A DNA stretch of 64,000 bases from a virus. The DNA is taken from IMG/VR virus record IMGVR_UViG_3300025770_000012, positions 1-64,000 of that record; one strand, 5' to 3'. Below, piece by piece: positions 47,698 to 57,799 of the stretch. The notes under the pieces are model-generated. The model did no database searches. It saw nothing but the letters and a program-made list of their open reading frames with translations, and had not been told where the DNA came from. Within the stretch, counting starts at the first letter, position 1. The number at the start of each line of letters is the position of its first letter. The position numbers were made by a program, and so were the translations under genes.

Positions 47698-50600
47698 TAT
47701 CGGTACATTTTTCGGATAGAGACATTTGTAGAGTATAAATTTAAGGAATTATTCGTTACATTACTATAAATTAGACGAATTCCTACCCATTTATCTATAA
47801 ATTTCTTCTTTTGATTCCAGTTTTTGTTTAAATCTAAGTAAGCTGCGTTTATAACTTCCGACATCCCTGATACAGTAAACATAGCTGCTATAGATGAAGT
47901 TGTTACAGTTCCCATATTAATACCCCCAGCAACGTTCTCAGCAGTGGACATATAGTAGGGAGAGGTATTAACAGCTATAGCTGCTAAGTCTCTAAAGTTG
48001 TTGACCTTCCAGTTATTCCCGATACGTCGTATATTTATAAGATAATCTAACATAGATTCCCCAGAGTTCTGGAACGTATTATATAGGAAAAAGCTTGTAA
48101 AGCCGTGATCTAGAATATTAACCCCTAAAGGAGTAAAAGTTTCTAGAGTATAGTTTAATGAAGCAAGGACAGCAGTATCTGATTTATGTTCATTATGGAT
48201 GACTTCAAATTCGAAAGGAAACGGAGTTTCCTCTGCCACAACCTCTTGATAGAAAACACCTTTATTCCCTACATTATGCTGCCATATACCAACATTACCA
48301 AATACAGTTCCTAAGCCCAATGCGCCCAGTGTCTCGCTTCTCTCATACTGGTCTGTAAAAGAGTAGAAGTCTGTAGATGTATTAAAATATAGGTATGGCT
48401 GGTAGTCATGAAATCCACCCCAAACACCTAGTGCAGGATAGTACGAAATAGTCCAACCATCACAAGTAAAGTATTTATGGTCTTCACAGCTTAGAGGAAG
48501 CGGTACCCAGACATCATCAATAAGAACCTCATAAATAGATAAGCCAGAGTCAAACCTTATAACTCCCCTTTCAAACTCCCCTATAAAAAAAGCAGTTGGC
48601 ACAAGGTCTCTTTTAGTTAAGAGTATTCTCTTATACCTTGGATCCCATGTAGAGTGCATTCCCATACCTTGTATAGGATTGTCGATACCATATCCTGAGT
48701 ATCCGTAATCCTCTAAGTTGAATTTTAAATTCTCGTTAAACCACTGTCTCATTCCCAAGCCGCTGATCTCACTCATCGACTCTCCCATTAAGAATACTTT
48801 TCTAGCGTTTACATCTACAAAAAAGTACCCATATCTGGTAGTAAGAACCGCCCATTGAGATTGTGTGCCACCAAAGCCTCCCTCAGTCTGTATAACTTCA
48901 TCTGGCTCTTGCTCGAATATATCTCCTCCTCCTATAAAGGCTTGAGTTCCATCACTGAGCCCCATAGACTGCTTACCTTTTGTGGCAAATAGACTGTCCT
49001 CCATATGGAAGTAAAGTAGATTGTTAAAACTGGCTAGAGACCAAAGCTCTCCACGATTCTTTGGAAGATCTTTATATTGATTAGCTAGGAAGATCCTAAA
49101 ATTATCAATAAGACTTGTAGTATCATCCTTGGTGCTTCTATGCGTCCTTGTAGAAAAGTCATCTTGATCCACAGTTTTAAGAGGCAAAGGAAATGCCGGT
49201 CTAATATCGTTAACTGAAGAGTAATCTGTATTATAAGTTAAATTATCGAAATGGCTATAATCACCATCTTCACTGCCCACCTGTCTAAGAATATCTCTTA
49301 CAGGTGTGCCAGGAAAGTATAAACTTTTATCACTCTCCATATGTCTGAATGCTATATTATCTGTACTCTCTACAATAACTGAATGTACGGCTTTTTTAGG
49401 CGTACTAGATAAAGCAGGAGTGCTAGGTTTAAGAGCTGAGGCAAAAGCGTACCTAGCTATAAAAGTATCCCCACCAAAGATACCTGTATCATAAAGTGGA
49501 GTCTCATTAATGGCTTGTAAAGTAGCAATACTATAATTTGCATCAAAAACTCCGTACTTGTTTGTAAAAGTATTTGGAGATCCATCCGCTTCAAAAATAA
49601 AATTCTCTAGCTCGTCCCCTAGAACTTCGAATCCCGTCCAAACTAAAGTTTGACTATCCAAGGATTTGTATACATCTGTTTTAAATGCATGTAGATTAAT
49701 TAAATACATCTGCATTCTATGCCAAGGCTCTGTAGCATCTGAAGCATCATACGCTAAATCTACATTCTCATTTACTAACATAGGACTAGCAAGAGGGTAG
49801 TATACCCCAAATCTATAACTAGGTTCGCCACTTGGACTAGCTGGATTTACGGATAATGGAGGCAATTCATGTTTATCTCGTAACCCAAAAGCAGCACAAC
49901 TAACTCCGAACTCATTAAACAACTTACCCCCAAAACCTAAAGATTGCCCTCTAAAAATAGTATCTCCAAGAAGATATGTTTTAGATTTTTGAGAAAGTAT
50001 TCTAGGATACGAGTAGGTAAAAATAGAATTAGAACCTGTGCCCTCTTGATCAAACCTTGAGTTTAAATAATTTACCCCCATCGTGATTACAGAGTACATT
50101 TCTTTAGGGTAACACGTTGACGCGTCGTACCCCCATAGCTCTTTAACTATTAATGGCTCTCCGTCATCCGCCTCCACATTTGCTATGACGGTATTCATTC
50201 GACGGTTTTGTGTAATACCTGGCCCATTCCAAACATATGGTACTACTACATATTCAGGCTTAATATGAGTGGCTCCCGCAATGCTTCCTTTATGTTTAAG
50301 CATTGTAAAATCATGAAACGAAAAGTTCTTATACCCACGACTGTCGTGCTCGTAGGCACCTACTTGGTCATTAAATATGGTCTCATACTCGGGGTACTCA
50401 TCACTAGCAAGTGGCCATGGATCAACATTATAAAATTCTTCAGGGTCTGAAGTTAAAGATTGTAATACCTGCATAGTGGCTGCAGAGGTCTGAAGGCCCG
50501 GTGTTGTTGCATCCTGTGCTTCTTGGCAAATACCTATTACAGCTCTATGTTGTTGCATAGGCATTAATAAAGATTGCCCTAAAATTCTACGATTAACATG

Positions 50601-53204
50601 TTCTCGTTTGGCGTAAAAGATTCTAAATCCTTGTACTGTATCAGCTATAGCTCTAGGAATTTTAATGTCAGCTAAATTAAACCCTAGTCTTTGAACCTCA
50701 TGAGATACTTTAACATCACTGTATAATCCAGTATCTAAAAGCGCATCCTCTTGGGGCCTTATAAAAAATGATACGTATGACATTTTTGGCATAGCTTCAA
50801 CATCTTCAACATTATTACACCCCGATATGTTAAAATCAGAATCGCAGTCCTCTTGGTTATGGGTACCTATCATTCTTATATCATCTCCCTTCAGACCTGT
50901 ATATCTACATTGTATCTGTATAGTATCTCCAGCACTCAAGTTAATATATGGGGTCGCTCCTCCTAGTTGCCCCGCAGAATCATTCAACCAATAAGCCTCA
51001 CTGGGTGAGCTGAAAGAGTCGGTCGTACCACCTTCCCCCCAGCCAGACTGGGTTGCTGACCCATCGGCAACTTCCCCTAAGAAAAGTGGAGCTACATCAT
51101 TCTGATTCCAACACCCGCCATAGTCATTTGTGAACCCGTTTGTAGGAATTTCACCAGTTGTAAGCAAGTCCTCTTGCACACCTCCTATCATCCTCAGTAT
51201 TCTGGCCTCTACAGGCTGATTTGTGGTATTACCATTCTTCTTAGTGAACCATAGTAAAGCTTTAACACTGACTTGTATATCCGTAAGGGCTGTAAATACA
51301 CCATTTCCAAAATAGGCGCTTGCCGCTTCACCATCTCCAGCATACTCATAATCAAGATTCTGAAAGTTTGCCCAAGTATCATCATCCTCTGTGAACGTAT
51401 CTTCGTCGCAACTCTCACGCACATTAGTAAACCAAGTTGGATCTATACCCCCACCTACCGAAGAAGTTCCATCAGAGTCAAAGTGTTCAGAATTATGACT
51501 TAGAATGGTTTTATACTTCTCATTAGAATTAGACGGGAAATGGTGGTGTCTAACATTTGATCCTTTTAAACTGTCTAAAATACCATATTCGTTCCACACC
51601 TCAAAGTTATCTGTTTGAGGGTAGAACTCAGTGGCATTCTCCCAGTACTGCATTCCCAAAGTGCTACCTACAGTATCTGAATAATCATAAAAATGAAAAT
51701 TTCTACTATACTGCTTACTTAGATCTCTTAAATCTCTTGCTATTTCATTTGACTCACCTTCAAAAGGAAGCACAGATAGTTCTTGGCTAAGAGCCTTTCT
51801 ACCAGGAATATGGTACGCATATGACATGCTACCATCATTCATTACAAATGCAATATAAAATGCATACACCTCATCTCTTGTGTAACCTTTATATTTAAAA
51901 ATATTAGGAGCCCACCTATACGACCTAGTCTCGTCAACCTTGTTCCCCATATCAACAACTTTGGTACCGAAGCCTGTTTCAAAATTATCTACAGTAGCAT
52001 ATATAGTATCAAAATCTGGTATTGGGTGCACTACAGCGTCGAGTGAAATATTATTGGCGTATTTCTGATACCCTACATCCTTACTGCCTGTAAGATTTCC
52101 AAGGTATAAAATACCATCTAGTTGTCTAATAGTTTTGGCAGTCTCATATGATGTAGTATCTATTATAACCTCTTCCACAGAAGAAGTAGCCGATCCCTCA
52201 GTTCCGCTGTATACAATTCCCGCTTTAATAGCTACACTCAAGTCCACATCGTTTAACTGAAAAGCCTCTTTAACTCCTCCCATCGTACGTATAATAACTG
52301 GGCGGATAAATTGGTAATCCGTATTTAGATTAGACACTGTCCATTTAATAGCCTTAGAGGTCTGCCCACCATCCTTGAATCCACTCTTCCTTGTTGTAGG
52401 GCGAGTATGGTCAAATTCTGGTACAATTGAAACTGGGTTGGCTACAGTCAAGTAATTAGTAGCTACAAAGTCTGCATCCACATAAGCTAGGGCTAAGTAA
52501 TAAACACCAGTCCTAAGACCTCCTCCTTCTATAATTGATGATTGATTAGAAGATTGATTATCAGGAGTATCCGAAAGATTAATAATATACTCTAAGGATA
52601 CTCTAGGAACCGGACCTGAACTCGGGAACAAATTCAATAAGTCTATATGATTCGCGTGCGTCTCTTGAGGATCGATTGCATATAACCAAGAGATAGGATT
52701 CCCTTCTGCAATACTTCTTTGTTGCCTAGCTACATTAAATGCCCTAGGAGTGTTTAAATCGTCTGTAAAGTAAACTATTAAATCTCCTTTAGAATCAATC
52801 TTAAAGGTACCTTGTATGGGGTGTGTTTCTCTTAACTTTAGATCATGAGGAAGCACAGTAGCAGAGACATCCGGTCTGTACAAAACAGTGTATACATTAT
52901 TTTCCCATATACCAATTTCACTACTAGGAACTATACCAGTTATATCTAGGGTATTTACAATATCTGTTACAAAGATAACCGTACGATCGTTATCAACTTC
53001 GATAGCTCCGATAGCTTTATACTCTTGTGTGCCAAATATTGACGAATCTCCTAGATACCCAGTAAGACTCGTACCCCCCTCATTAGATATGGCACCATCA
53101 ACAGCTGCTACCACAGCATTACGAGCGTATCTCCAAGACCCTTCAATTTGGTCTATAGGAGCGGTATCTTTAAATAACCCCTTTATAAAGTGCTTTTCTG
53201 CCAT
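47697..53204 (-). CDS. Tail muzzle / stabilisation protein (crAss-like)
   Basis: 1835 aa; N-terminal KGLFKD...SWRYARN...NEGG, beta-propeller-like segments, GGDTFI, GGTQSQW, WTISY; position between cargo and ring genes. Confidence 0.8.
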   Translation of the reverse strand: MAEKHFIKGLFKDTAPIDQIEGSWRYARNAVVAAVDGAISNEGGTSLTGYLGDSSIFGTQEYKAIGAIEVDNDRTVIFVTDIVNTLDITGIVPSSEIGIWENNVYTVLYRPDVSATVLPHDLKLRETHPIQGTFKIDSKGDLIVYFTDDLNTPRAFNVARQQRSIAEGNPISWLYAIDPQETHANHIDLLNLFPSSGPVPRVSLEYIINLSDTPDNQSSNQSSIIEGGGLRTGVYYLALAYVDADFVATNYLTVANPVSIVPEFDHTRPTTRKSGFKDGGQTSKAIKWTVSNLNTDYQFIRPVIIRTMGGVKEAFQLNDVDLSVAIKAGIVYSGTEGSATSSVEEVIIDTTSYETAKTIRQLDGILYLGNLTGSKDVGYQKYANNISLDAVVHPIPDFDTIYATVDNFETGFGTKVVDMGNKVDETRSYRWAPNIFKYKGYTRDEVYAFYIAFVMNDGSMSYAYHIPGRKALSQELSVLPFEGESNEIARDLRDLSKQYSRNFHFYDYSDTVGSTLGMQYWENATEFYPQTDNFEVWNEYGILDSLKGSNVRHHHFPSNSNEKYKTILSHNSEHFDSDGTSSVGGGIDPTWFTNVRESCDEDTFTEDDDTWANFQNLDYEYAGDGEAASAYFGNGVFTALTDIQVSVKALLWFTKKNGNTTNQPVEARILRMIGGVQEDLLTTGEIPTNGFTNDYGGCWNQNDVAPLFLGEVADGSATQSGWGEGGTTDSFSSPSEAYWLNDSAGQLGGATPYINLSAGDTIQIQCRYTGLKGDDIRMIGTHNQEDCDSDFNISGCNNVEDVEAMPKMSYVSFFIRPQEDALLDTGLYSDVKVSHEVQRLGFNLADIKIPRAIADTVQGFRIFYAKREHVNRRILGQSLLMPMQQHRAVIGICQEAQDATTPGLQTSAATMQVLQSLTSDPEEFYNVDPWPLASDEYPEYETIFNDQVGAYEHDSRGYKNFSFHDFTMLKHKGSIAGATHIKPEYVVVPYVWNGPGITQNRRMNTVIANVEADDGEPLIVKELWGYDASTCYPKEMYSVITMGVNYLNSRFDQEGTGSNSIFTYSYPRILSQKSKTYLLGDTIFRGQSLGFGGKLFNEFGVSCAAFGLRDKHELPPLSVNPASPSGEPSYRFGVYYPLASPMLVNENVDLAYDASDATEPWHRMQMYLINLHAFKTDVYKSLDSQTLVWTGFEVLGDELENFIFEADGSPNTFTNKYGVFDANYSIATLQAINETPLYDTGIFGGDTFIARYAFASALKPSTPALSSTPKKAVHSVIVESTDNIAFRHMESDKSLYFPGTPVRDILRQVGSEDGDYSHFDNLTYNTDYSSVNDIRPAFPLPLKTVDQDDFSTRTHRSTKDDTTSLIDNFRIFLANQYKDLPKNRGELWSLASFNNLLYFHMEDSLFATKGKQSMGLSDGTQAFIGGGDIFEQEPDEVIQTEGGFGGTQSQWAVLTTRYGYFFVDVNARKVFLMGESMSEISGLGMRQWFNENLKFNLEDYGYSGYGIDNPIQGMGMHSTWDPRYKRILLTKRDLVPTAFFIGEFERGVIRFDSGLSIYEVLIDDVWVPLPLSCEDHKYFTCDGWTISYYPALGVWGGFHDYQPYLYFNTSTDFYSFTDQYERSETLGALGLGTVFGNVGIWQHNVGNKGVFYQEVVAEETPFPFEFEVIHNEHKSDTAVLASLNYTLETFTPLGVNILDHGFTSFFLYNTFQNSGESMLDYLINIRRIGNNWKVNNFRDLAAIAVNTSPYYMSTAENVAGGINMGTVTTSSIAAMFTVSGMSEVINAAYLDLNKNWNQKKKFIDKWVGIRLIYSNVTNNSLNLYSTNVSIRKMYR

Positions 53205-54088
53205 TATCCTCTATATAAATCTTCTCGTGTGTTTAATTCTTCAAATGATTGACTATGTCTGTTAAGGTGAGGTATTAATCTAACCCACTGATTCATGAAT
53301 GATTCATACCTATCAATATCAGGGAAGTTAGCTGCATTTCTAGCTTGAGTACAGTAGTACTTCCATTGAGTTTCTGCTAGTTCGTATCCAATTCCGTTTG
53401 CTTTGAACGTAGGATTCATAAGTAATAGTTTTTTATATATGTACCAGAACATAGCCTCCTTAAAGCTAATGTCATCTGGAACTAATGGGAAGCAGTCTTC
53501 ATCAGTAGGTATGGCCTTATAGCTAAGGCATATCTTCCCTGAAGGAAATGAGGTTTTAATATAATCATTATCGATTATATAGGTATCATCGTAGGATACT
53601 GTCTCATTAACACAGCCTGTACAATGCATGCTTGCATGGAATGTGCTAGCACCATATTGCAATGGCTGAAGAGAAGCGCTATCTTTAAAAAAGACATTTT
53701 CTAAAACTACAATTCTAGAATTGATTTCATTAAGTACATTGACTGTGTCTGCGTAATCCTCACCTGCCTCAGTGGCATCTAAGATAGCCTTCTTCAAAGA
53801 ATCCACTTTTAATATTAGAGTATCTAACTCAGTTGACGCTGTAGGTGATACTACGGTATTAATTGCTACTTGATTGATATAGTAGAGATCATTAGGCAAA
53901 AGTACTTTATGGTCCACCACAGTGAGGAGACATTGACGTTGAACGAGTTGAGGTGAGGCCCCGATATGCTCGAGTGCTTCACCTATCCATTCTATCGCAT
54001 CATCTATCCAATTATCAGTATCAGGGCGCAGATCTCGAAAGATCTTCCTAATAATAACTTGGCTTGATATAGTTTTATAAATTGCCAT
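53204..54088 (-). CDS. Tail ring / tubular protein (crAss-like)
   Basis: DAIEWIGEALEHIG, ICLSYKAIPTDEDCFPLVPD, WKYYCTQAR; position beside the muzzle gene. Confidence 0.75.
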   Translation of the reverse strand: MAIYKTISSQVIIRKIFRDLRPDTDNWIDDAIEWIGEALEHIGASPQLVQRQCLLTVVDHKVLLPNDLYYINQVAINTVVSPTASTELDTLILKVDSLKKAILDATEAGEDYADTVNVLNEINSRIVVLENVFFKDSASLQPLQYGASTFHASMHCTGCVNETVSYDDTYIIDNDYIKTSFPSGKICLSYKAIPTDEDCFPLVPDDISFKEAMFWYIYKKLLLMNPTFKANGIGYELAETQWKYYCTQARNAANFPDIDRYESFMNQWVRLIPHLNRHSQSFEELNTREDLYRG

Positions 54089-54095
54089 TTTCTAT

Positions 54096-54818
54096 TTAAT
54101 CTAGTGATTCAATTTCAGGATCTAAGAATCCAGCTTCCTGTTTGCAATATTTACCTTTGTTTCTTTTTTGTTTCCTACGTCGTTGTCTTGTGTCTCTGTT
54201 TCTTTGTCTTGTGTTTTTGTTCCTCTTTCTTTGCTCATTCCACGTATCCCACTTACTTCCACCTAATTGCTTTTCATCTGCCCCAGAAACCTGGTGAACA
54301 TTAATTTCTCTAGCCCTATCATAAGGGTCAGTGCCAGAATCAGTATCACGGTATTCTCTATTAGTTTGAAGCCTGCCTTGTGTATTGTTCCAATCTATCA
54401 TATTTGCAATCCCTGATCTATTTGCAATAGTTGTGCTGTCTCTAGCTATAGCAGTATCAATTTTAGATCGACTATGATCACCTCTTCGACCCTTTGTATT
54501 AGGCATAGTAGGATCATATATTAGAGGTTTATCTACTTGTTTTCCATCCCATATATGGGCAAACCCCGCTTCTTGACGCCTGAGGAAGTTTGGTGTCTCC
54601 GCTGCATTGTTAGGGTTGGTGCCTGGAGAAGAGACGGTCTTAACGTCATAATTCATAGGCGGCTCTACTGGAGGGTTCTCACTAACTGGCGGCGGCACAG
54701 GCGGTGCAACACCAGGCCCTCCTAGTCTATTCCACATTCTAGGAGGAGCTCCTCTAACCATGTTTTTAACAAACTGTTTTGCTCCAACTCCCGCTCGTTG
54801 AGATTTCTTACTTGCCAT
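54096..54818 (-). CDS. Basic, Pro/Arg-rich low-complexity protein (putative internal virion protein)
   Basis: PPVPPP tract, RKRNKNTRQRNRDTRQRRRKQKR tract, KQEAGFLDP C-terminal motif. Confidence 0.7.
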   Translation of the reverse strand: MASKKSQRAGVGAKQFVKNMVRGAPPRMWNRLGGPGVAPPVPPPVSENPPVEPPMNYDVKTVSSPGTNPNNAAETPNFLRRQEAGFAHIWDGKQVDKPLIYDPTMPNTKGRRGDHSRSKIDTAIARDSTTIANRSGIANMIDWNNTQGRLQTNREYRDTDSGTDPYDRAREINVHQVSGADEKQLGGSKWDTWNEQRKRNKNTRQRNRDTRQRRRKQKRNKGKYCKQEAGFLDPEIESLD

Positions 54819-54824
54819 CTTTTC

Positions 54825-55298
54825 TTAGTGCTTCTTAAAGTTTAAATAAGCCAAATCATTATTTTTTAAAAGGTAGATTAGCTTCTCTTTGTTGCCTTTT
54901 GACCCCCTAGTGGCGTCGAATCTATAAACTGACTTATTCGGAATTTTACATTTTCCTTTATTCCAGTAGTATTTACAATAGAACTCATCGGTAAAATAAA
55001 TATGCCACTTAGTGCCCAGCTTAGTATCAGAGTTATAAAGAGGATCTCCATTTTTAATGAGCTCTTCTTTATACTTATTACTCTCTCCCCAATCAATTCT
55101 AGGGGATCTAGGATCTCTTTCCCTCCTAATAATAGAAAGGCTTGAGAGATTATTCCCCATATTAAAAGGTTTACCTTCAAGAATATATTCAAATATTTCT
55201 ACGTTAAAAGTGTGGCATATATCAAAAAACACCGTCCTATCTATATCCCCGCCCTCTTCAACATACTGTTTATATATGTCACTGAGGTTGTAGATCAT
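54825..55298 (-). CDS. IHF/HU-like protein of the crAss-like structural module
   Basis: Helix-helix then ILEGKPFNMGNNLSSLSI, RIDWGES, YRFDATR. Confidence 0.65.
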   Translation of the reverse strand: MIYNLSDIYKQYVEEGGDIDRTVFFDICHTFNVEIFEYILEGKPFNMGNNLSSLSIIRRERDPRSPRIDWGESNKYKEELIKNGDPLYNSDTKLGTKWHIYFTDEFYCKYYWNKGKCKIPNKSVYRFDATRGSKGNKEKLIYLLKNNDLAYLNFKKH

Positions 55299-55945
55299 TC
55301 AAATAAAATATCCATTGGGGGCTCTAAAAATCCACCTTCCATTTTTCTCTTAGACTTCTTACCTCCATGTCCGAATCTGTTTTTTACATCAGATTCTATA
55401 TCAGCCATTATAGCGTTTTCTTTTGCTTTTTTAGATGCGTTAGCTACTGCACCAGAATTGGAGTTCGAGGTACGATTAACTTTCCGTGCAGCTCTATTTG
55501 TCTTCCTACGAAGAACTCTCTTTGCCTTACCAGTAAGAGCAGCAGTAGGAGCAGCAGTAGGTTTAGCTACTGCTAATGTCTTTGCAGGAGCAGCACTAGA
55601 AATAGTTGTAGGCTTCTTTGCTGCTACCAGTTCTGGAGGTTTATTATGACTTTTGTGTAGTTCGTATTGGCGTTTCTCAGCCTGCTTCTTAGCATACGCT
55701 TCCTCCGCTGCTCGCCCTTTAGTTGCATCCTCTGATGGTGTGGTATCTCTTTGTGGTCCTTTTTGGTACGCAGCGTTAATTGAATTTTGAGCTTCCTTCC
55801 ATTGAGTACTGTTTTTATCGGAGTTATTACGTATTTTAATATACGAATCTAATTTAGGATCTCTCTTTTTAGCTTCCGCATAAGGATCTTTTGGTTTAGA
55901 CGCTCCTTTTGGAGGCCTAGCGGAGTTATCATTTATCTTTCCCAT
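55295..55945 (-). CDS. Lys/Ala/Pro-rich basic protein (putative internal virion protein)
   Basis: AAKKPTT/AAPAK/AKPTAAP tracts; KMEGGFLEPP C-terminal motif. Confidence 0.7.
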   Translation of the reverse strand: MGKINDNSARPPKGASKPKDPYAEAKKRDPKLDSYIKIRNNSDKNSTQWKEAQNSINAAYQKGPQRDTTPSEDATKGRAAEEAYAKKQAEKRQYELHKSHNKPPELVAAKKPTTISSAAPAKTLAVAKPTAAPTAALTGKAKRVLRRKTNRAARKVNRTSNSNSGAVANASKKAKENAIMADIESDVKNRFGHGGKKSKRKMEGGFLEPPMDILFE

Positions 55946-55957
55946 ATCTAATTTATT

Positions 55958-56677
55958 TTATTGTTGTTCTTGTTGTTGGGGTTGAGTCCCAGGAATTCCC
56001 CTACTCGATTTAGGATCTTGAGACCTATCATTCATAGTATCAGAAAACGTTCTAGAAATCAAAGACAGTTCCCCATTTAGAAGTCCTTGATTTATTAATT
56101 GCAGCATGTCCATAGGAATAGGAAAATCGGTCGCACTGTCATCATAACAAGCACCACCGGAACAATCCCCAAAAACAGCTATATCCCTAGGATCTTCAAA
56201 AACCCCACGGATATTTATATACTCTAGACCTTCTGCATTGTAAATATACAAATATTTATCTATCATATAAGCTTTTCTCTTATTTTTTGTGTATTTATCG
56301 TAAGGAAGCCACTTAATAGCATTCGAATTAACTAATGGAATAGTACTGAATCCAGTTACGTCTCCAACATAGGTAATAGCTTCCTCAAAGTTATACCTAA
56401 TAGTTTTAGGTACTGCTTTAACTGTTCTGTAAACTGCGCAACTAATTGGCAGATCACAGCACTTAGATGCATCAACAGCCTCAAGCTGGATACACCCTAA
56501 ATCTTGTTCCACATGTCTTGTGGTTAATCCGTTACGGGCATAGTCTCTTCTTATAAACATAGCTCTATAATGCAGGATATTAAACTTTATCTGCTCTAGA
56601 GAAATATGCTCATCATGATTAGACCTTCCTCCTCGGAGTAAGTTTAAGAGATTGTATGCAACTTCATCAAATGTCAT
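55958..56677 (-). CDS. Tail ring / adaptor protein (crAss-like)
   Basis: QIKFNILHYRAMFIRRD, QDLGCIQLE, IRGVFEDP, FPIP. Confidence 0.7.
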   Translation of the reverse strand: MTFDEVAYNLLNLLRGGRSNHDEHISLEQIKFNILHYRAMFIRRDYARNGLTTRHVEQDLGCIQLEAVDASKCCDLPISCAVYRTVKAVPKTIRYNFEEAITYVGDVTGFSTIPLVNSNAIKWLPYDKYTKNKRKAYMIDKYLYIYNAEGLEYINIRGVFEDPRDIAVFGDCSGGACYDDSATDFPIPMDMLQLINQGLLNGELSLISRTFSDTMNDRSQDPKSSRGIPGTQPQQQEQQ

Positions 56678-56683
56678 TATCTT

Positions 56684-57139
56684 CTATTTTCTATCTTGTG
56701 AGCTAGTTCCGTAGTAGTATGCAAAAATGTTACCAATAACAACACCTTCAACCATACCTAAAAGGTGTATAAAAAGATCATTGTCAGTAATACCATCTAC
56801 ATATACTACTGCATATATTAAAAATACGAAAGAGCCTAATCCTATAATACCTGTTAGAGCCATCATCCAATCTTGCCCTCCTGCTTTTTTAATTTCTACT
56901 TCTCTAGATCTAGCAGAAGACCTATCAGCTACTTCTAGCTCATACATTGCCTTCGCTTGATTTAGAGCTATCTCCTTATCTGCTGGAGATATAGATTCAT
57001 CTTTTTCAATAAGGTTTTTAACTACCCCCAAGACACCTGCGTCAGGAAGTAAATCCCCTGCAATGTCTAAGATACTTGGAGCAGTCTTTTCCAAGAACTG
57101 TCCTAGTTTAGTATCTTTAAATTTCTTTTTATCTTCCAT
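56684..57139 (-). CDS. Putative holin (3TM-holin-like)
   Basis: EVADRSSARSRE, two C-terminal TM helices, YYYGTSS end. Confidence 0.7.
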   Translation of the reverse strand: MEDKKKFKDTKLGQFLEKTAPSILDIAGDLLPDAGVLGVVKNLIEKDESISPADKEIALNQAKAMYELEVADRSSARSREVEIKKAGGQDWMMALTGIIGLGSFVFLIYAVVYVDGITDNDLFIHLLGMVEGVVIGNIFAYYYGTSSQDRK

Positions 57140-57145
57140 ATTTTC

Positions 57146-57508
57146 TTAAAATGAGTCCATTAAAATATCATCGATCGCGTCTTGCACTTCTTCTTCAGTT
57201 GTCTCAAGCTCCATCATAATGTTAGCTTGGAACCGCTGAACTTCTTTTCCGTCCCAAAAAAGTATAATAGTTGGGACAACAACTATCTTGTGTTCTTTTT
57301 GTAACTCAGGGTTAGCAGCTATGTCTACTCTCTTGCCTTCGCAATCACTAAGATTATCTATCCAACTAACGCTATTAGAAGCGTTAAAACTAGCATTAAA
57401 CTCTACCACACAAATGCCCGAGTCTGGTATTTCTTCAACTGCGGGGGCGGTTACATATACTGCTGTTGACAGTAAGCTAAGGAGGCATATGGTAAGAAAG
57501 GCTTTCAT
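57146..57508 (-). CDS. Exported thioredoxin-fold protein lacking CxxC
   Basis: Signal peptide; VVEFNASFN replaces VxFxAxWC; VDIAANPELQKEHKIVVVPTIILFWDGKEVQRF. Confidence 0.75.
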   Translation of the reverse strand: MKAFLTICLLSLLSTAVYVTAPAVEEIPDSGICVVEFNASFNASNSVSWIDNLSDCEGKRVDIAANPELQKEHKIVVVPTIILFWDGKEVQRFQANIMMELETTEEEVQDAIDDILMDSF

Positions 57509-57514
57509 AAGTTT

Positions 57515-57799
57515 TTATTTTAAGGCATCTATTTTTTGTTCTATAGATTTAAGATCATCTTTAATTTCTTTTACATCGTCTTGAGTAGTCATAATAGTTT
57601 GACGCACCAGCTTATCTTTCATGTCAAACTCCATACGTGTTATTTCTGGGTCAAGAGGAAGTGGTAATTCCATAGCTCGCGCTATATCAGCCTGCAGAAT
57701 AAACCACATTGAAATTATGGTTGCCATTCCTACCCCTACCGCTATCAAGGTTTTTATATTTACTGTAAACCCTGTATTTTCATCTAATTTCATACTCAT
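57515..57799 (-). CDS. Single-TM protein with C-terminal coiled coil
   Basis: LIAVGVGMATIISMWFIL followed by DDVKEIKDDLKSIEQKIDAL. Confidence 0.75.
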   Translation of the reverse strand: MSMKLDENTGFTVNIKTLIAVGVGMATIISMWFILQADIARAMELPLPLDPEITRMEFDMKDKLVRQTIMTTQDDVKEIKDDLKSIEQKIDALK

